Origin: Coniocarpon cinnabarinum
Lineage: Eukaryota
Assembly (NCBI GenBank): GCA_051942205.1
Contig: JAVECO010000026.1
Coordinates: forward strand, 1-64,000
Length of the DNA stretch: 64,000 nt
Reading direction: 5' to 3'
The position numbers and the translations under genes were made by a program. The stretch's first letter is position 1; each line of letters opens with the position of its first letter. The notes under the pieces are model-generated. The model was not told the DNA's origin, searched no databases, and worked only from the letters and a program-made list of their open reading frames with translations. Positions 22,795 through 34,506 of the stretch are shown here, piece by piece.

Positions 22795-24348
22795 GACGAT
22801 ACGTCAGATATTTCAGTCCTGCAAGGTCTGGTAATAGCAGGACTGCGCAGATGCAGGGGAACATCAGCCATGGAGGAATACCCTGGGGCTTTGGTGCTGT
22901 ACTTGGAAGCGACGTCCCTGTCAGCCTTGCCGTTGGGAGAGTGCAGATTAACGACAATTTCTGCCAACTGGCACCAGCCCGAATAAGCTCAGTCGAGTTC
23001 AAGACGTGGCCAGACAAGGACACTGGACCCGACAGACTCTTCCTCGAACGAGCATGGCGTCGCCTAGGCTGACCTGTGAAGCGATCGCTCCAACCCATTT
23101 ACATACCAAGTTGACCTGATGAGGCTAACCGCCGTTGATGTATCGACTCGTGAAAAAGGATCCGGGCAGGCTTTGCAGAAGCTCGAACATGCGGTGCTCG
23201 AGAGCATCTCTGTGGGACTAAAGCTGCTGGACGTGGGACTCGAGACGAGAGAACGGCTTCTGCGGTCATGCTCAAGGCCCTCGTTGCTGCTGAGATGCCG
23301 AAGCGTAAACAAAGGGGTTTGAGAGCGACCAATCTCGGGGCCACGGCGAAAACCGCCCGTCGTCGCAGGCGTTAGCCGCTTGTCACGTGTCTGCCAAGCC
23401 CAGCGTCGTCAGGGTAAGCAAAACTCTGGACTCGATCGGAGCTCGTATTGGAATGTGTCTTCGTCGAATCTCTTCAGTCACTAAGCGCTGATTCACTTAC
23501 CTGTTGGCAATAGACAAAGTTGTCGTGGAATCGGCTCGTACGCTACATGTCCAATGAGGCCCCTTGGCATATCTACGTCTCTCGGTCTCACCCCGTCTTC
23601 TCGGAGGCTTCCCGCAAGTATCATCGAAGCTGACCCCTAACAAGAGGCCATATGGCCGCCCTTTTGCTAATGGACATGGCATGCCCACGAGTCGCTGTCG
23701 CCTGTATCTGCTGGACACTTCGGAAGAACTGTACGTCGCCATTGATTAGCCCTGCAGCTCAACACTTGAACGTGATAAGGAAACCTGCCTCCTTTGATGT
23801 AAACCGCATTTTGACTGAGCCCTTATGTAGTGCCACAGGCACTAGTTGACTTTGGCCCCAGATTCCAGTGGCAAACAGTCTGACTTACCATTCTAAACTA
23901 ATTGTTCATAGCGACTCGAGCCCGAAGTTTCACACATTAGCGACAGCAAGATCCAGCTAATGAAAGCTGGCTTTACTTTTGAGCTGTGTCCAATCCAGGA
24001 CATCGGCTGTGTTAGAATGAAACCGGTCAGAGCCCAGCAAGAAAGTATTTGCCATCCGTGGATTTAGCATTTTGAGAGTAGCAAAGGGCTTTCGCCGTTA
24101 TGCTTATAGCTCTGTGATTCGAATGGTCTTCGTCGCACGAGCTCGTCTCATAGACTAAATTCCGGCAACGACTTTTGTCCTATCGACCCTTGCCGAACTT
24201 TGTTAGCAATAAGTGAGACGTGTCCTCACTGAAGGTCTTCCACACACGGCCATCCGACCGAAGTTGTAATCTTACTCGATTGGTGGAATCTTTTCCGCAG
24301 CTTCCATTAACCTCAGAGCATCGATGCTGATTTCACGAAACATTTCAG

Positions 24349-26838
24349 CTCGCATCGTCGCTGGAAAAGACAGAGCAGTTGGCAATATCATCATGGACGT
24401 TTCCCAGCTATCGCCTCGCCCGCGCACTTGATTTGGAATCAAGGAAAGCCATTGAACGGACTTACGGTTATTCAGATAAACGATACCGAGGCTCCGATGC
24501 AGTAACCATAGTGGTGCATTGGGAGCTCCCGAAGTATGTCAACGAACAGCTCGATGGTGTTTGGAGAGACCTATCTCGCGTGATCACCCTCACTGGTGAT
24601 GTGCACATGCCTTGGGCGACTACCTGCGAGGAATACATGGAGTTCTGCTGGCCAGCCTTTCCTTCCGGTCAAAGCGAGCGATATCCTGCATCAGAGCTGC
24701 TAAGAAACCTAGCAGACATACTTGGAGGAGGAGTGGCGAATCCGGACACATTCAGTACGAAGTTGAAGTGTTCTTACTTGAAGTCCGTCACCCTGTCCAG
24801 TGGGTCCTCGTCGCCGCATGCGACGTTTGAGGTGGTGAGCAGTGAGTTTTGGCATTTCATCCGTTTCTGCGAGCAATTGGCGTGGATTGTGGCTACTTTC
24901 AGGACCCCAAATACGGCGGAACGCGGACCAAGCTACTCCAGAACAAGGTTCATATGCAGGTACGGGCGCCCGGGCCCCGAAAGATGCCTACAGCTTTCCG
25001 CTACGGATATGTCTGCTACAGACGCGCCAGATCTGCGTTCCACTTGCTGGCAGGGTCTTTTTGAGTCCGCTGTCATCGCATCGGGGTTCCCTGTGCCAAA
25101 GCGCCCTTACCAGCAGGCGCACTCAACATTAGACAAGACATCAACGCTGCATCTTCCGCATCGACCGCATGAGCATGGAGCAAAACAACAGCAACCTACG
25201 CCGCCAAAGGAAGACAAGATCGTCAGCCAGGACGCCGCAGCCCGAAGCCAAACCTCCTTCCACGGCCTGGAGCTGTCCTTTGAGTTACTCATGCACCTGG
25301 CTAAGGTCGAGTACCCCCTGAAAATACGAGACGGATACATCTTGAAAGGTACAAGGACAATGCTGGTGCCGACTCTCAAGCAAGAAGATTGCCTCTTGTG
25401 GCACTTGGAAGTTGGACCAGCCGTCGGCTTCACTCCCGAACAGATCTACTACCACATAGACCGCAAGCACAACAAGTGGTACCGCGCAAGAGACACTTTT
25501 GAACTCAGGACCATCGCTCGCCATTTCCTGGGTTATTGTTCAGTGGCGGAAGTCACCCTGGGTGGGGAAGACACAGACCACGGGCGAATTCGCCGGTCAA
25601 CTGCTACAGATCAACCTGCGCGCTACTTGCTCGACCGCGCTGGACTCAACGTTGGCGTCACTGCGGCACCTCAGGGGTTTGGCCTCACGGCTTCCGCACC
25701 ACTGAGTTTCAAGCTCGCAGCGAACGTCCGACTCACCTCCAGCAAAGCTGAAGTCGGCTTCTCACAGAGACTCCTCACTGCGAGCGAGCAGCCCTTGCTG
25801 CTGTATGATACAGGAGTTCACTGTGGCTATTTGGTACCAGAGCTCAGTATATTGCTACATTGTCTTCAAACTTGGGCGCACAGACAAGGAAAAGCAGGGA
25901 TTCCATTTGCTCGCGCCTCGAGCGATGGTGGCAGAGCCGCATTGAGTGCCATTGATTCCAGATGGGATACGGTGATTGATGAGACCGCGGGATCGAAGAT
26001 CAATGTAAGAGACAAGGTCAAAGAGTTCATGTCACTCTTCATGAAGGCCAAAGAAGAGCAATGTATATATGAAAGAGAAAACCCCTCCGTCACGCACAGA
26101 CACCAACACCACGGCAAGAAGAACATCTACGGCTGGGATTACATGGACTTGATACATTTTGCGGCTAACTCTTGCCTGAAAGAGGCACAAGTTGGCAAAG
26201 GCCAACGATGGCCTTGTCTGTTCAACCATAATCCGGCGATTCTGACCGTCTTTGGAGAAGGGTTTAACCAGGCCATTCGTCCGGCGAGCGCAGCAGGCTT
26301 ATGTCAGGCCTGTACGACTATCCCTTCGGGACAAGGACTGCTCTTGGCTTCGAACCGATGCATACTACAATATGATGCGTTCCATGCATATTTCCAAAAG
26401 CGACATTCCTATTCGAGCTGCCTCTGTTCCGCACGTCGTCAGGATCCTTACGAGGCTTGTTCTGCTGCAGCAGTCGAAGGGGGCCTAACGTCACGGACAA
26501 TGCCTTTCCTAGAGCTATTTGCTCGGACTGCTCGAAAGGTTGGCATGAAGGGAGGTTACGGTTGTTCCTTCCCAGCACACGATCTTTATGTCCGCCAACT
26601 GCAAGACAACTTAGACGGTGCGTCCCTGATCGGCAATTTCGTGCCCCGCAACGTTCGGCGACGTTGCTATGTGGAGCGGGAAAACGGTTGCGCTGAACAA
26701 GAAAACTTGACCCGTCTGGCACTTAACCAGGGGCAAGATCGTCTGCTGAATGGTAATCACGTTGGAGCGGGAATCAATGGCGGTTCGCGCCAGGACTCCG
26801 CTTCAGATTACCACAGCATCCCTGACGATGAAAATTGA
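24349..26838 (+). CDS. Large fungal hypothetical protein; 5' exon(s) unresolved
   Basis: About 830 open codons after a branch site and CAG acceptor at 24348. Globular-looking motifs ITLTG...WATTCEEY...WP, CWQGLFESAVIASGFP and GLELSFELL. No ATG at the start of the frame. Confidence 0.75.
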   Translation, partial: LASSLEKTEQLAISSWTFPSYRLARALDLESRKAIERTYGYSDKRYRGSDAVTIVVHWELPKYVNEQLDGVWRDLSRVITLTGDVHMPWATTCEEYMEFCWPAFPSGQSERYPASELLRNLADILGGGVANPDTFSTKLKCSYLKSVTLSSGSSSPHATFEVVSSEFWHFIRFCEQLAWIVATFRTPNTAERGPSYSRTRFICRYGRPGPERCLQLSATDMSATDAPDLRSTCWQGLFESAVIASGFPVPKRPYQQAHSTLDKTSTLHLPHRPHEHGAKQQQPTPPKEDKIVSQDAAARSQTSFHGLELSFELLMHLAKVEYPLKIRDGYILKGTRTMLVPTLKQEDCLLWHLEVGPAVGFTPEQIYYHIDRKHNKWYRARDTFELRTIARHFLGYCSVAEVTLGGEDTDHGRIRRSTATDQPARYLLDRAGLNVGVTAAPQGFGLTASAPLSFKLAANVRLTSSKAEVGFSQRLLTASEQPLLLYDTGVHCGYLVPELSILLHCLQTWAHRQGKAGIPFARASSDGGRAALSAIDSRWDTVIDETAGSKINVRDKVKEFMSLFMKAKEEQCIYERENPSVTHRHQHHGKKNIYGWDYMDLIHFAANSCLKEAQVGKGQRWPCLFNHNPAILTVFGEGFNQAIRPASAAGLCQACTTIPSGQGLLLASNRCILQYDAFHAYFQKRHSYSSCLCSARRQDPYEACSAAAVEGGLTSRTMPFLELFARTARKVGMKGGYGCSFPAHDLYVRQLQDNLDGASLIGNFVPRNVRRRCYVERENGCAEQENLTRLALNQGQDRLLNGNHVGAGINGGSRQDSASDYHSIPDDEN

Positions 26839-27767
26839 CCCACGCGTGCTTGCGCATGACTTCGGACGGTGTGTTGGCGTGCCATCACGACACTGAAGTG
26901 CGGCTGAAATTTTGTTTCTGTTATTTTTCGTCTCCTCCATAGCATCCACATGACAACGTGACATTTTGATTGAAATTGTACTCGCTCCGCGGCTGCTTTG
27001 AAAGAATATTTCTGAGCGCAACACTCCAGCGTAATGAATTGAATCGTTCTCTTAGCGTTCTCGATCTTTTGAACGGCTGTTACACTGGCGAGATAATAGC
27101 GTTGAAACCACAACGGCTTTCAGACTGCTCCAGAGATATTTTTGGCAAATAATCAGGACGCACCTCCGGCTTCATGGATGCATGCAAGCAGAGCTCAACA
27201 ACGTACATAAAACGCCAACATTGTTATGGAGTCTATGTTACCTTCCGTGCTATCTCGAAAAGACGACTGAGCAAGATACTTCGGTGCATTGGATACGTCA
27301 TTTTACTATCATTTAAAACCTGTTGTGTGGCTACTTCACAGCGAGCGACTTTTTACACTCGAATTCAATAGCATCAATGCTGCTTCCAAAACCTCGAACG
27401 TGCTGATTAGAGGTCTATGCTTAGACGATGGGAACAGCAAAGAGACATCGTCCCGAAAGCTCCATGCGCAAGGTCTGCCAGTAGTCCAGCAGTCATAAAC
27501 CTCCCGAAGACTCCGTCAGAGTACGTTGAGTCCTTGAGAAGCTACCATACCTCAAGACGATAGCATGCCTGATGCGCTGGGGCATTCGGCAAGCTAAAAG
27601 TCACTCGATTGCGTCTGCTTGCCGTTTTAGACGACCACGTCTAAATGAAACGACCCTGAGGGCGCTCTGCGCCAAGCATGCTTTCCGTGGCTTTCTACGA
27701 AGTACACGAGACAGCGAAATACAACCGCCACATTCACCAGTTGTTTCTCGCATACACGTTTGTTCGG

Positions 27768-28922
27768 TCACTCAAAAGCCGTGCGATTCTCCTTCAGCCA
27801 ATCCTCAAATCGCTGCGGCTTTTGGCCCGTATACCGCTCGATGTCGTCCTTCCACTTGCCGGGCCGTTCTTCATTCCCCTCAGCCGTATACGTCTCAAGC
27901 CACACGAGGAGATCAGCGTAGTGCTCCGGGAGGCCACGGGCGAGATGTTGCTTCTTGCGCTCGTCTGGCGTCAGGCGGACGTGTTCGATTTTGCGGCCGA
28001 GGACTTTGGTGAAAATTGATGCAATCTAATGTCGTCAGTGATGTTCGCTGTCAACCTGGACTGTAATTGCAGGAGGTCTTCGGCTTTGTATGGAGAGGAC
28101 GCGAGGCTTACGTCGTCGTATGACAGTGGCTCGGGGCCTAGAATTTCGAATTCGCCAGGTGGTGGAATCGAAGATGTGAGTGCTTTGAATGCCACGCGCG
28201 CGATGTCCTTAGTGGACTGGTAGTAGGACTTGCCATCTCCGACGGCGCTGTAGATCTTGCCTTCCTTGCGGATGCTTTCGTTAAAGCCCCAGTATTCCTG
28301 GATGAAGTTTTCTAAGTGGTCATCAACTCTACTGTACTGAACCATGTACTCCACTTCATTGAACGTAATTCCCCTTCCTGTTTGGATGAAAGGCTTATGA
28401 AGGTAGGCAACGTGGCTTGACTTACCATTGAACCAGGTAGCTTTCAGGACGGTGCTCTGAAACCCCAGATCCAACATACGTTGCCACGCGCCGCCAAAGA
28501 ACGGTCCACCTGCGCTCATTGTTAGATCCATCCATCTCACTTCCCAAAAAAGTGCAAGCCCGGCTTCTGAGCCAGCAGGCCACATTCATACCAGGTACCG
28601 CCGTGCCACCGCCAAGCTGCACAAAACGCTTCACGCCTCTCTCGACTGCGAAATTGATAAAGGCAATCTCAGGCGGACTCGGATCCGCGACCTCAGGCGC
28701 CACGAGGTAAACGGCCGTAATGGGCTCTTTGGCGGCCTTGAAGGGGTTCTCGTAGGTGCTCTCGTCGGTAAAGTCGAAGGTGACGGCGTGAGCTTGGAGG
28801 TCAGCGGGGAAGGAAGCAGGGCCACGACGGGAAGTCAACAGGAAAGGTTTAGAGGCCTGCGTAAGGAGTGGAGCGAGCTGGAGAGAGGTCTTGCCCGTGC
28901 CACCGGTGAGGAGGATAGTCAT
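27768..28922 (-). CDS. NmrA-like NAD(P)-binding oxidoreductase, EasG-like family (3 introns)
   Basis: MTILLTGGTGKTS Rossmann start, AVYLVAP, GVKRFV, DIARVAF, GPEPLSYDD. Last exon VLGRKIEHV...FEDWLKENRTAFE-TGA. Confidence 0.88.
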
Positions 28923-29674
28923 CTTGGTGCTAGTATAGGGGGAGGGATGTATAGATTGTATTCACTTGTGCGTAGAATCTTGGGCGCAGAAATACTGGCC
29001 TTGAAGGGAGACTGCGCAGTACTTAAGACACGAGCAAGTCCTCCGTCAATGCCTACAAGAGACAGCAACACGATGCAAAACGACAGCCTGTGATGCGATT
29101 ATAAATCAGACCTACGAGGACCATGCACGATTGTGGTGCCGCGACCAGGCATCCAGAATAAGGACATTAGCAAGGCACAACGCGGAGTTTACGCAATGAT
29201 CAGGCACAGCAAGGCTGCAGAAGCCGTGTGCCGTCTGTCCGTCCGTGGATATGAGCCGCTGCATGAGCTATTGAGAACGCGATGAGAGTGGAGAGAAGGA
29301 GAGGATGAGATGTCATGGCTGCGACTCGGCAATAGGGTGGTGATTGGAGACGCAGGAATTGCTTGATCTGGTGAACGAGGATCTGAATCAGCTTTCCTGG
29401 GTTGGGACTCGCCGCGGCACCTACTCCGGTGCCAAGAGCGCTAGACCGTAAAGGTACATATTGCTGGCGATAAAGGTCGGCGATAGGTGCGCATACTCGC
29501 GTCCAAGTTCATGCAGGGGCGGCGTGTTCCCGCTAGACCGCAGATGGCACGCGGCGACTGGAGCGGCGGCAAGGCGCTTCGCAAGCTGACAAACCATGAC
29601 TTCCACAGCATCCACCTTACCCACGTATGCGGAGCAATAACACCTCCGAGCCATCGTAGTCGGTCGGGCCGCTC

Positions 29675-31600
29675 CTAAGAGGCTGCCGGTTTCCAGTCCT
29701 CAAAAGAGTTGAGCCACCGCTGCACGCTCCTGATCTCCCAGTAATGCGCGTTTCTGATGAATTGCGGCTCGGCTGCCACATCACGAATGCCATAGCTGTC
29801 CCAGTGATGGCCCGCCCCTGCAATGAGCAGCTCCGGGTGCAGATCGCTCGTCTGGTAGCGGGCCGGGGCGTAGTTGGAGTGGTAGCAGAGGTCAAGCCAC
29901 ACATCTTGGTTACCATCGATAAATGCCAGTCGATCGGCAGTGAAGTTGAAGTCACCGTATCGCCCATATTGGCTGAGATCGGGCCCGTCCGGCGAGATCG
30001 AGTTATGCTCGCCAGGTGGGACTGTGTTCCGTGTCAGCACATCCATCGATTGAGCGCTGGCCGCCATCGCAGAGCTTGTGTTTCCTAGCAGACCACTTAC
30101 AGGCCCATGTGCACCACTGTTGGGTGTAGTCGATTTGGATGACCCTGGAGATCAGGCTCGGACCTGTTGCAGGCGCGACCTGATACGCTCCTTGCTCTGT
30201 ACACGAGGAGTAGAGGTACGATCGGTCTGCGGAGTTGGAAATGTCGGCGAAGTGCGACTCTGTTCCATTATCAGTACTGTTTGCTTTTAGTGCGACGCGT
30301 TCCGACGACTTACGATTCTGAGTTCCAAAGCACTCGGTATTGTCGTAGTCGCCATTTTCACAGAGGGGCAGCACCACCTGCTGGATGTAATGCGCATAAT
30401 TACCGAGGTTTGTCCAGGGCTCGCCATTGGTGTGATCAGCTAGAGTGTAATCCACCTGTGTGATGTTTTCCGGAGCGTTGAGATTGGTGACATTGTTGCA
30501 AAAATTCCAGAAGTCATCAGAGCCGTACGAGGAATTCCAGTTGAGCTCCTGCCTGAAAGATATCAGTAGGCCACCTTGATACTGGACACCAAACTGACAC
30601 TTACCATGTATTTGTGGGGTAAAAGAAAGGTCCACCAATTGGAAAAGCAATGGTCTGCGCAAAGTCTCGGTCGTCCGTCAGGCTTTCGAGTCCAAACAGA
30701 GACTTGAAAGTGTTGACGGCATTTCTGTCGCCGGCGTCGACCAAATTATCGAACTTATCAACAATGTTGTTGACGCTCGCAACACAGTCCTGAGGCGCAA
30801 ACTTTTGGATTGGCGCATACCAGTCCGGATAGCTTGTAAGAATAAGTGTCAGCAAGAGAACATTGAGCGGCTGGGCCATTCTCCGAGCTTACGCGTGTAC
30901 AGCGTGAATCACTCCACTGGCAGCAATACCGCCATACAGAATGTCGTTATACTGCTTCAACGAGAACGCGGTCTGCGCGCCTGCCAGACTGCCACCGTAC
31001 AATATCCAAGGGGTACCTGGAGCTTGCAGCTTGTCTCCATTCTCGACACCTTCGAAAACAGCGTGCTGCGCGAAGTAGGCGTTGTCGGCGATGGTCTGCT
31101 CCGTCGTCAAGTATGCGAGCTGGTCGGTAGTGGTGGTGTTGTATGGATAACTCTCGCCGTAGTAACGGTTTTCCAAAATGACTCCTAGCCCATGGAACTG
31201 CTCCATCAAGATCTGAATGATGCCGGTCTCTAGATTCGAGAAGCGAGATTCGCCTGACGTTTCGCCGCCGATGTAGAGAAAGACAGGACCGCCAGGCTGG
31301 TAATACGAGGAATCAACGAAGTACCTCTGGGTGAAGGTGCCATTGTCGTGGGGCACTGCTGGAGAGTTAGTGGGCCGCAGGCAAAGGCCGGGAGGTCCTT
31401 GGGCGCAACTCACGATATCGATCACTGTCCGGGAAGTGGTCAATGAGCTGATCAAAGGTATTTGGCGGATACGTATCGTCATCATCGCTCTGTCTCGTGT
31501 CTAGGCTGGCACCACGCAGGGCTTCTGAATAGGGCTGCTTCGCGACTCTGGCACTAGCGACTGATGCGCCGAGTAGCGCAGTCAAGAGTCTCATGGCCAT
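29675..31600 (-). CDS. Secreted serine peptidase, family S28 (multi-exon)
   Basis: Signal peptide MAMRLLTALLGASVASA. FDQLIDHF, TFTQRY, GPVFLYIGGE, ENRYYGES, WILYGGSLAG (nucleophile), GAGHHWD. Confidence 0.93.
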
Positions 31601-32391
31601 GTTCACCTTCTGTTGGGTTCCTGGCATCGGCTTGGGACGAGCGCGACGAGACGAAAGAGCAGTGGGCGGACACAGTTGATGCACCCATGCTGCATTAAGA
31701 GTCAATGGGTAAAGGGCGCGCTGCTTACCTCGCACGTCATTGTGCTGCGAGCTAGCCGTGCGCCGACCGACGGCGACCAACGGGCATTTGCTATCGTGGC
31801 TGTCTATCTGTTGGCGTGTCGGTGCTGCCAGGGCGAATGTAACGATCGGCCCAGCTGCTGCATTGGGTCGGAGGGGTTTGTCCGTCTTGGGTCTAGCGCT
31901 CACGTGCTCAGCATGCCGGGTGACAGCTGCAGCCGTGACGAAGGGACGCCGACTCTAGACCTTGATGAGACCTCCTTGAGGATAGCTACGTAGATGGTGC
32001 TGAGTGTTGCAAAGGGCTGGTGGACCGGCATCCCACGCGACAGCAGAGTGGTCACGGCCCACTTGCGATATTCCTCCGACTAGACGCGCGTGAGATGTCA
32101 TCCAAGGAGCTGAACATGGCCTCAAGGTTCTGCTAAACCTACTTGAAAGCGTCGAAAGCCGGGAGTCACGTCGAGCGTGTGGACAGCGTTTGGTCTCTCC
32201 AGTGGATATGACTCCTGCAAACTCTATTTCATGACCCGTGCCCTTTACGTTGCTGACTATGCACATGGTAGCAGGTCCCACACTGCTGGAAATGCGTTCA
32301 CTCATCATGCCGCTCAAACGCATCCAATAGATCTCAATGCGACAAGCACTCAGGCACTTTTGTACATCCTCATCCAAACAACGCTCCGGAC

Positions 32392-34506
32392 TCACCAAAC
32401 CTCCATCACCAGCCTCCCATTGTCCTTCTGTTCCTGCCAGAACTTCTCAGCACCGACTTCATCCCAGCCGCCTCGCTCTATAGCCACTTCCACCAGTGCA
32501 TGCTCGACGCCTTCCCCCATGCCTTTACTGCTCCCACACACGAAGATTCGCCCGTCGACGGCATGGATAATGTCCCAGACAATGTCGCCTTGCTGGCGAA
32601 CTTCGTCTTGCACATAGCGTGATTCTTGATCAGCTGAACCAAAGTTGGTCGTCCGCCTGTCAAGCTCTCGGCGGACGGGACGTTTTTGCAGCGCTGTCAG
32701 ATCGCTCTCACTGTGATGCTGGTGATCGCGGAGGTCGAGTCTCTTGTTCTTGTTCGCCAGCGCGCGGCTTTGTACTACTTTCTTGATTTGAGATTCGTAC
32801 TTGCCCAGCTCGCCACTGTACAACTCGTCCACGCTCGAGTCTCGAATGCCCTGTATGAGCCAAATCTTGTTCGCACAATTGGCGTTTTGAAGCCTATTGA
32901 GGATGAAGCCACGAAACGGCGCCATGCCCACACCCGCGCCAATCAACATCATTGGGCCATCGCTAACGCCAAATTCCTTGGACAAAGGGTTAGCCATTAG
33001 GCCTCGGAACAGCGGAATCCTTATTTCAGGCATAGGAGCGCCCAGAGGATCTGCAAGATGAGCCTTCTCGGCGGCGATAAAGTCCTTGGCCGTTCGCTCG
33101 AGAAATCCCGACCCAACACCTGTGCGAGGCATGTCTCCACGCCAGTCTGGAGATTCGTGAACAGTGACGGCGATCTCAATAAGCCGTCGACCGGCGATCC
33201 CGTCGCGCTTTGAAGAAACGTGTGGATCATTCGAAAGGGAATAAAAGCGAGGCATGAGTTGTTGCAGCACGCTCAACAATCCCTCCAGAGGCGGCTTGGA
33301 GGAAGGAAAAGCCCGGAGCAGCTGGGTTATCGCAAGATGCGGGCCGGTACGCAGGTCACAGAATGAAGGTTGCCCCTCAGCCGAAGACAAGTACTCCAGA
33401 ATCTTCTTCTCGTTGGGCGCTCCAGCATGCTCAGCGAGAAGGCGCAGCAAAGCCTTTGTTGGTGGGTAAGACTGTATGTCCGAACACCACGTCAAAAGTT
33501 CCCGACGTGATGTGGTCAGCGACCTTGCTGTGTCGTCTCCCCAAATTGTCGGCCAGCGCCCTCCTGTGGTTTTGAGAACGACAGGCCTATCTCGAAGAAA
33601 GCGGGGTACGCCGAGCAGATTGAAGATTTCTTCGACTGCTGCTGGCTCATTTGGAGGACAGATCCCGACGGCGCCTCCAACCTTGAAGTCGACCTGACCT
33701 CCTTCCTCAGGATAATCTGTGACATCAATGTCAAAATGGAAAGTCCGCTTCTCCGCTCCTGGCTTTGTTAGCTCACGCGCATGGAAAAGCGGAGCAGCAA
33801 AGACTGTGTAAGGTGCGTGAGGCTGGACGAAGACCGGCGGGTGGTTTTGCTGCGTTGACGTGGGAGTAGTGTCAGTAGATGGCTTTGCGAAGGCAAGCTT
33901 TGGCTCCGGATATTCCGTTACACCAGTCAGGGCCGAGTCCTGTGTCAAGGGTCCAAGTTTGAGATTGAGGCTTCTGTATGCGTCGTTGTCGGGCTGTGGA
34001 ATCGGTGCGGAGAATCCACCGGAAGGGGCTAGCGGAGGCCTTTGCAAAAAGCAGCATCCGCCTCCGCAGCAGTATTTTTGAATGAGCTGTGTGCCATTTT
34101 GATCCTCGCCCACGACACCGCTCAAGGTCTTGGGATCTTGCGTCACGAGCGTTGTTGACGCGTGCTCATTCTTGCTCTTTGTGACATCCACTTCAGCAAA
34201 ATGATCACCACGTATATCATCTTCAGTGGCAGATGTGTGCCGCGTGAGATCAGTGGCTGGAGTCAACACCACATCAGAGTCATTTGACGCGTCCGACCAA
34301 AGCAGCGACTCGCCAGAAGAGCGTGTAGAAGGAGTGTTATAATCGGGACTGGCACCGGTAGACTGGCAGCGACGCGTCGAGGCGTGCTGGGAAGACTGGC
34401 GACGGAAGTCTCTCCATCGCTGAAAGTGGGAAGAAGAGTCGGTGGAGGTGCGACGCCGGCGCGCTCTCATTACCGAGAGCAGGTCATATTTGGAAGACGT
34501 GGACAT
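32392..34506 (-). CDS. FAD/NADPH oxidoreductase of the diflavin (CPR/MTRR/sulfite-reductase flavoprotein) type with no recognisable flavodoxin domain
   Basis: PRFYSLS (RxYS), GVGSGFL, LIGAGVGMAPFRGF, YVQD, IFVCG and terminal EVW. The N-terminus is Ser/Thr-rich and carries CCGGGCC. Confidence 0.88.
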   Translation of the reverse strand: MSTSSKYDLLSVMRARRRRTSTDSSSHFQRWRDFRRQSSQHASTRRCQSTGASPDYNTPSTRSSGESLLWSDASNDSDVVLTPATDLTRHTSATEDDIRGDHFAEVDVTKSKNEHASTTLVTQDPKTLSGVVGEDQNGTQLIQKYCCGGGCCFLQRPPLAPSGGFSAPIPQPDNDAYRSLNLKLGPLTQDSALTGVTEYPEPKLAFAKPSTDTTPTSTQQNHPPVFVQPHAPYTVFAAPLFHARELTKPGAEKRTFHFDIDVTDYPEEGGQVDFKVGGAVGICPPNEPAAVEEIFNLLGVPRFLRDRPVVLKTTGGRWPTIWGDDTARSLTTSRRELLTWCSDIQSYPPTKALLRLLAEHAGAPNEKKILEYLSSAEGQPSFCDLRTGPHLAITQLLRAFPSSKPPLEGLLSVLQQLMPRFYSLSNDPHVSSKRDGIAGRRLIEIAVTVHESPDWRGDMPRTGVGSGFLERTAKDFIAAEKAHLADPLGAPMPEIRIPLFRGLMANPLSKEFGVSDGPMMLIGAGVGMAPFRGFILNRLQNANCANKIWLIQGIRDSSVDELYSGELGKYESQIKKVVQSRALANKNKRLDLRDHQHHSESDLTALQKRPVRRELDRRTTNFGSADQESRYVQDEVRQQGDIVWDIIHAVDGRIFVCGSSKGMGEGVEHALVEVAIERGGWDEVGAEKFWQEQKDNGRLVMEVW

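Noticed and set aside
32392..34506. Reductase as the dedicated redox partner of the cluster P450
   Set aside because: It is 16 kb away with unrelated genes between, and it lacks the FMN domain that donates electrons to P450s.
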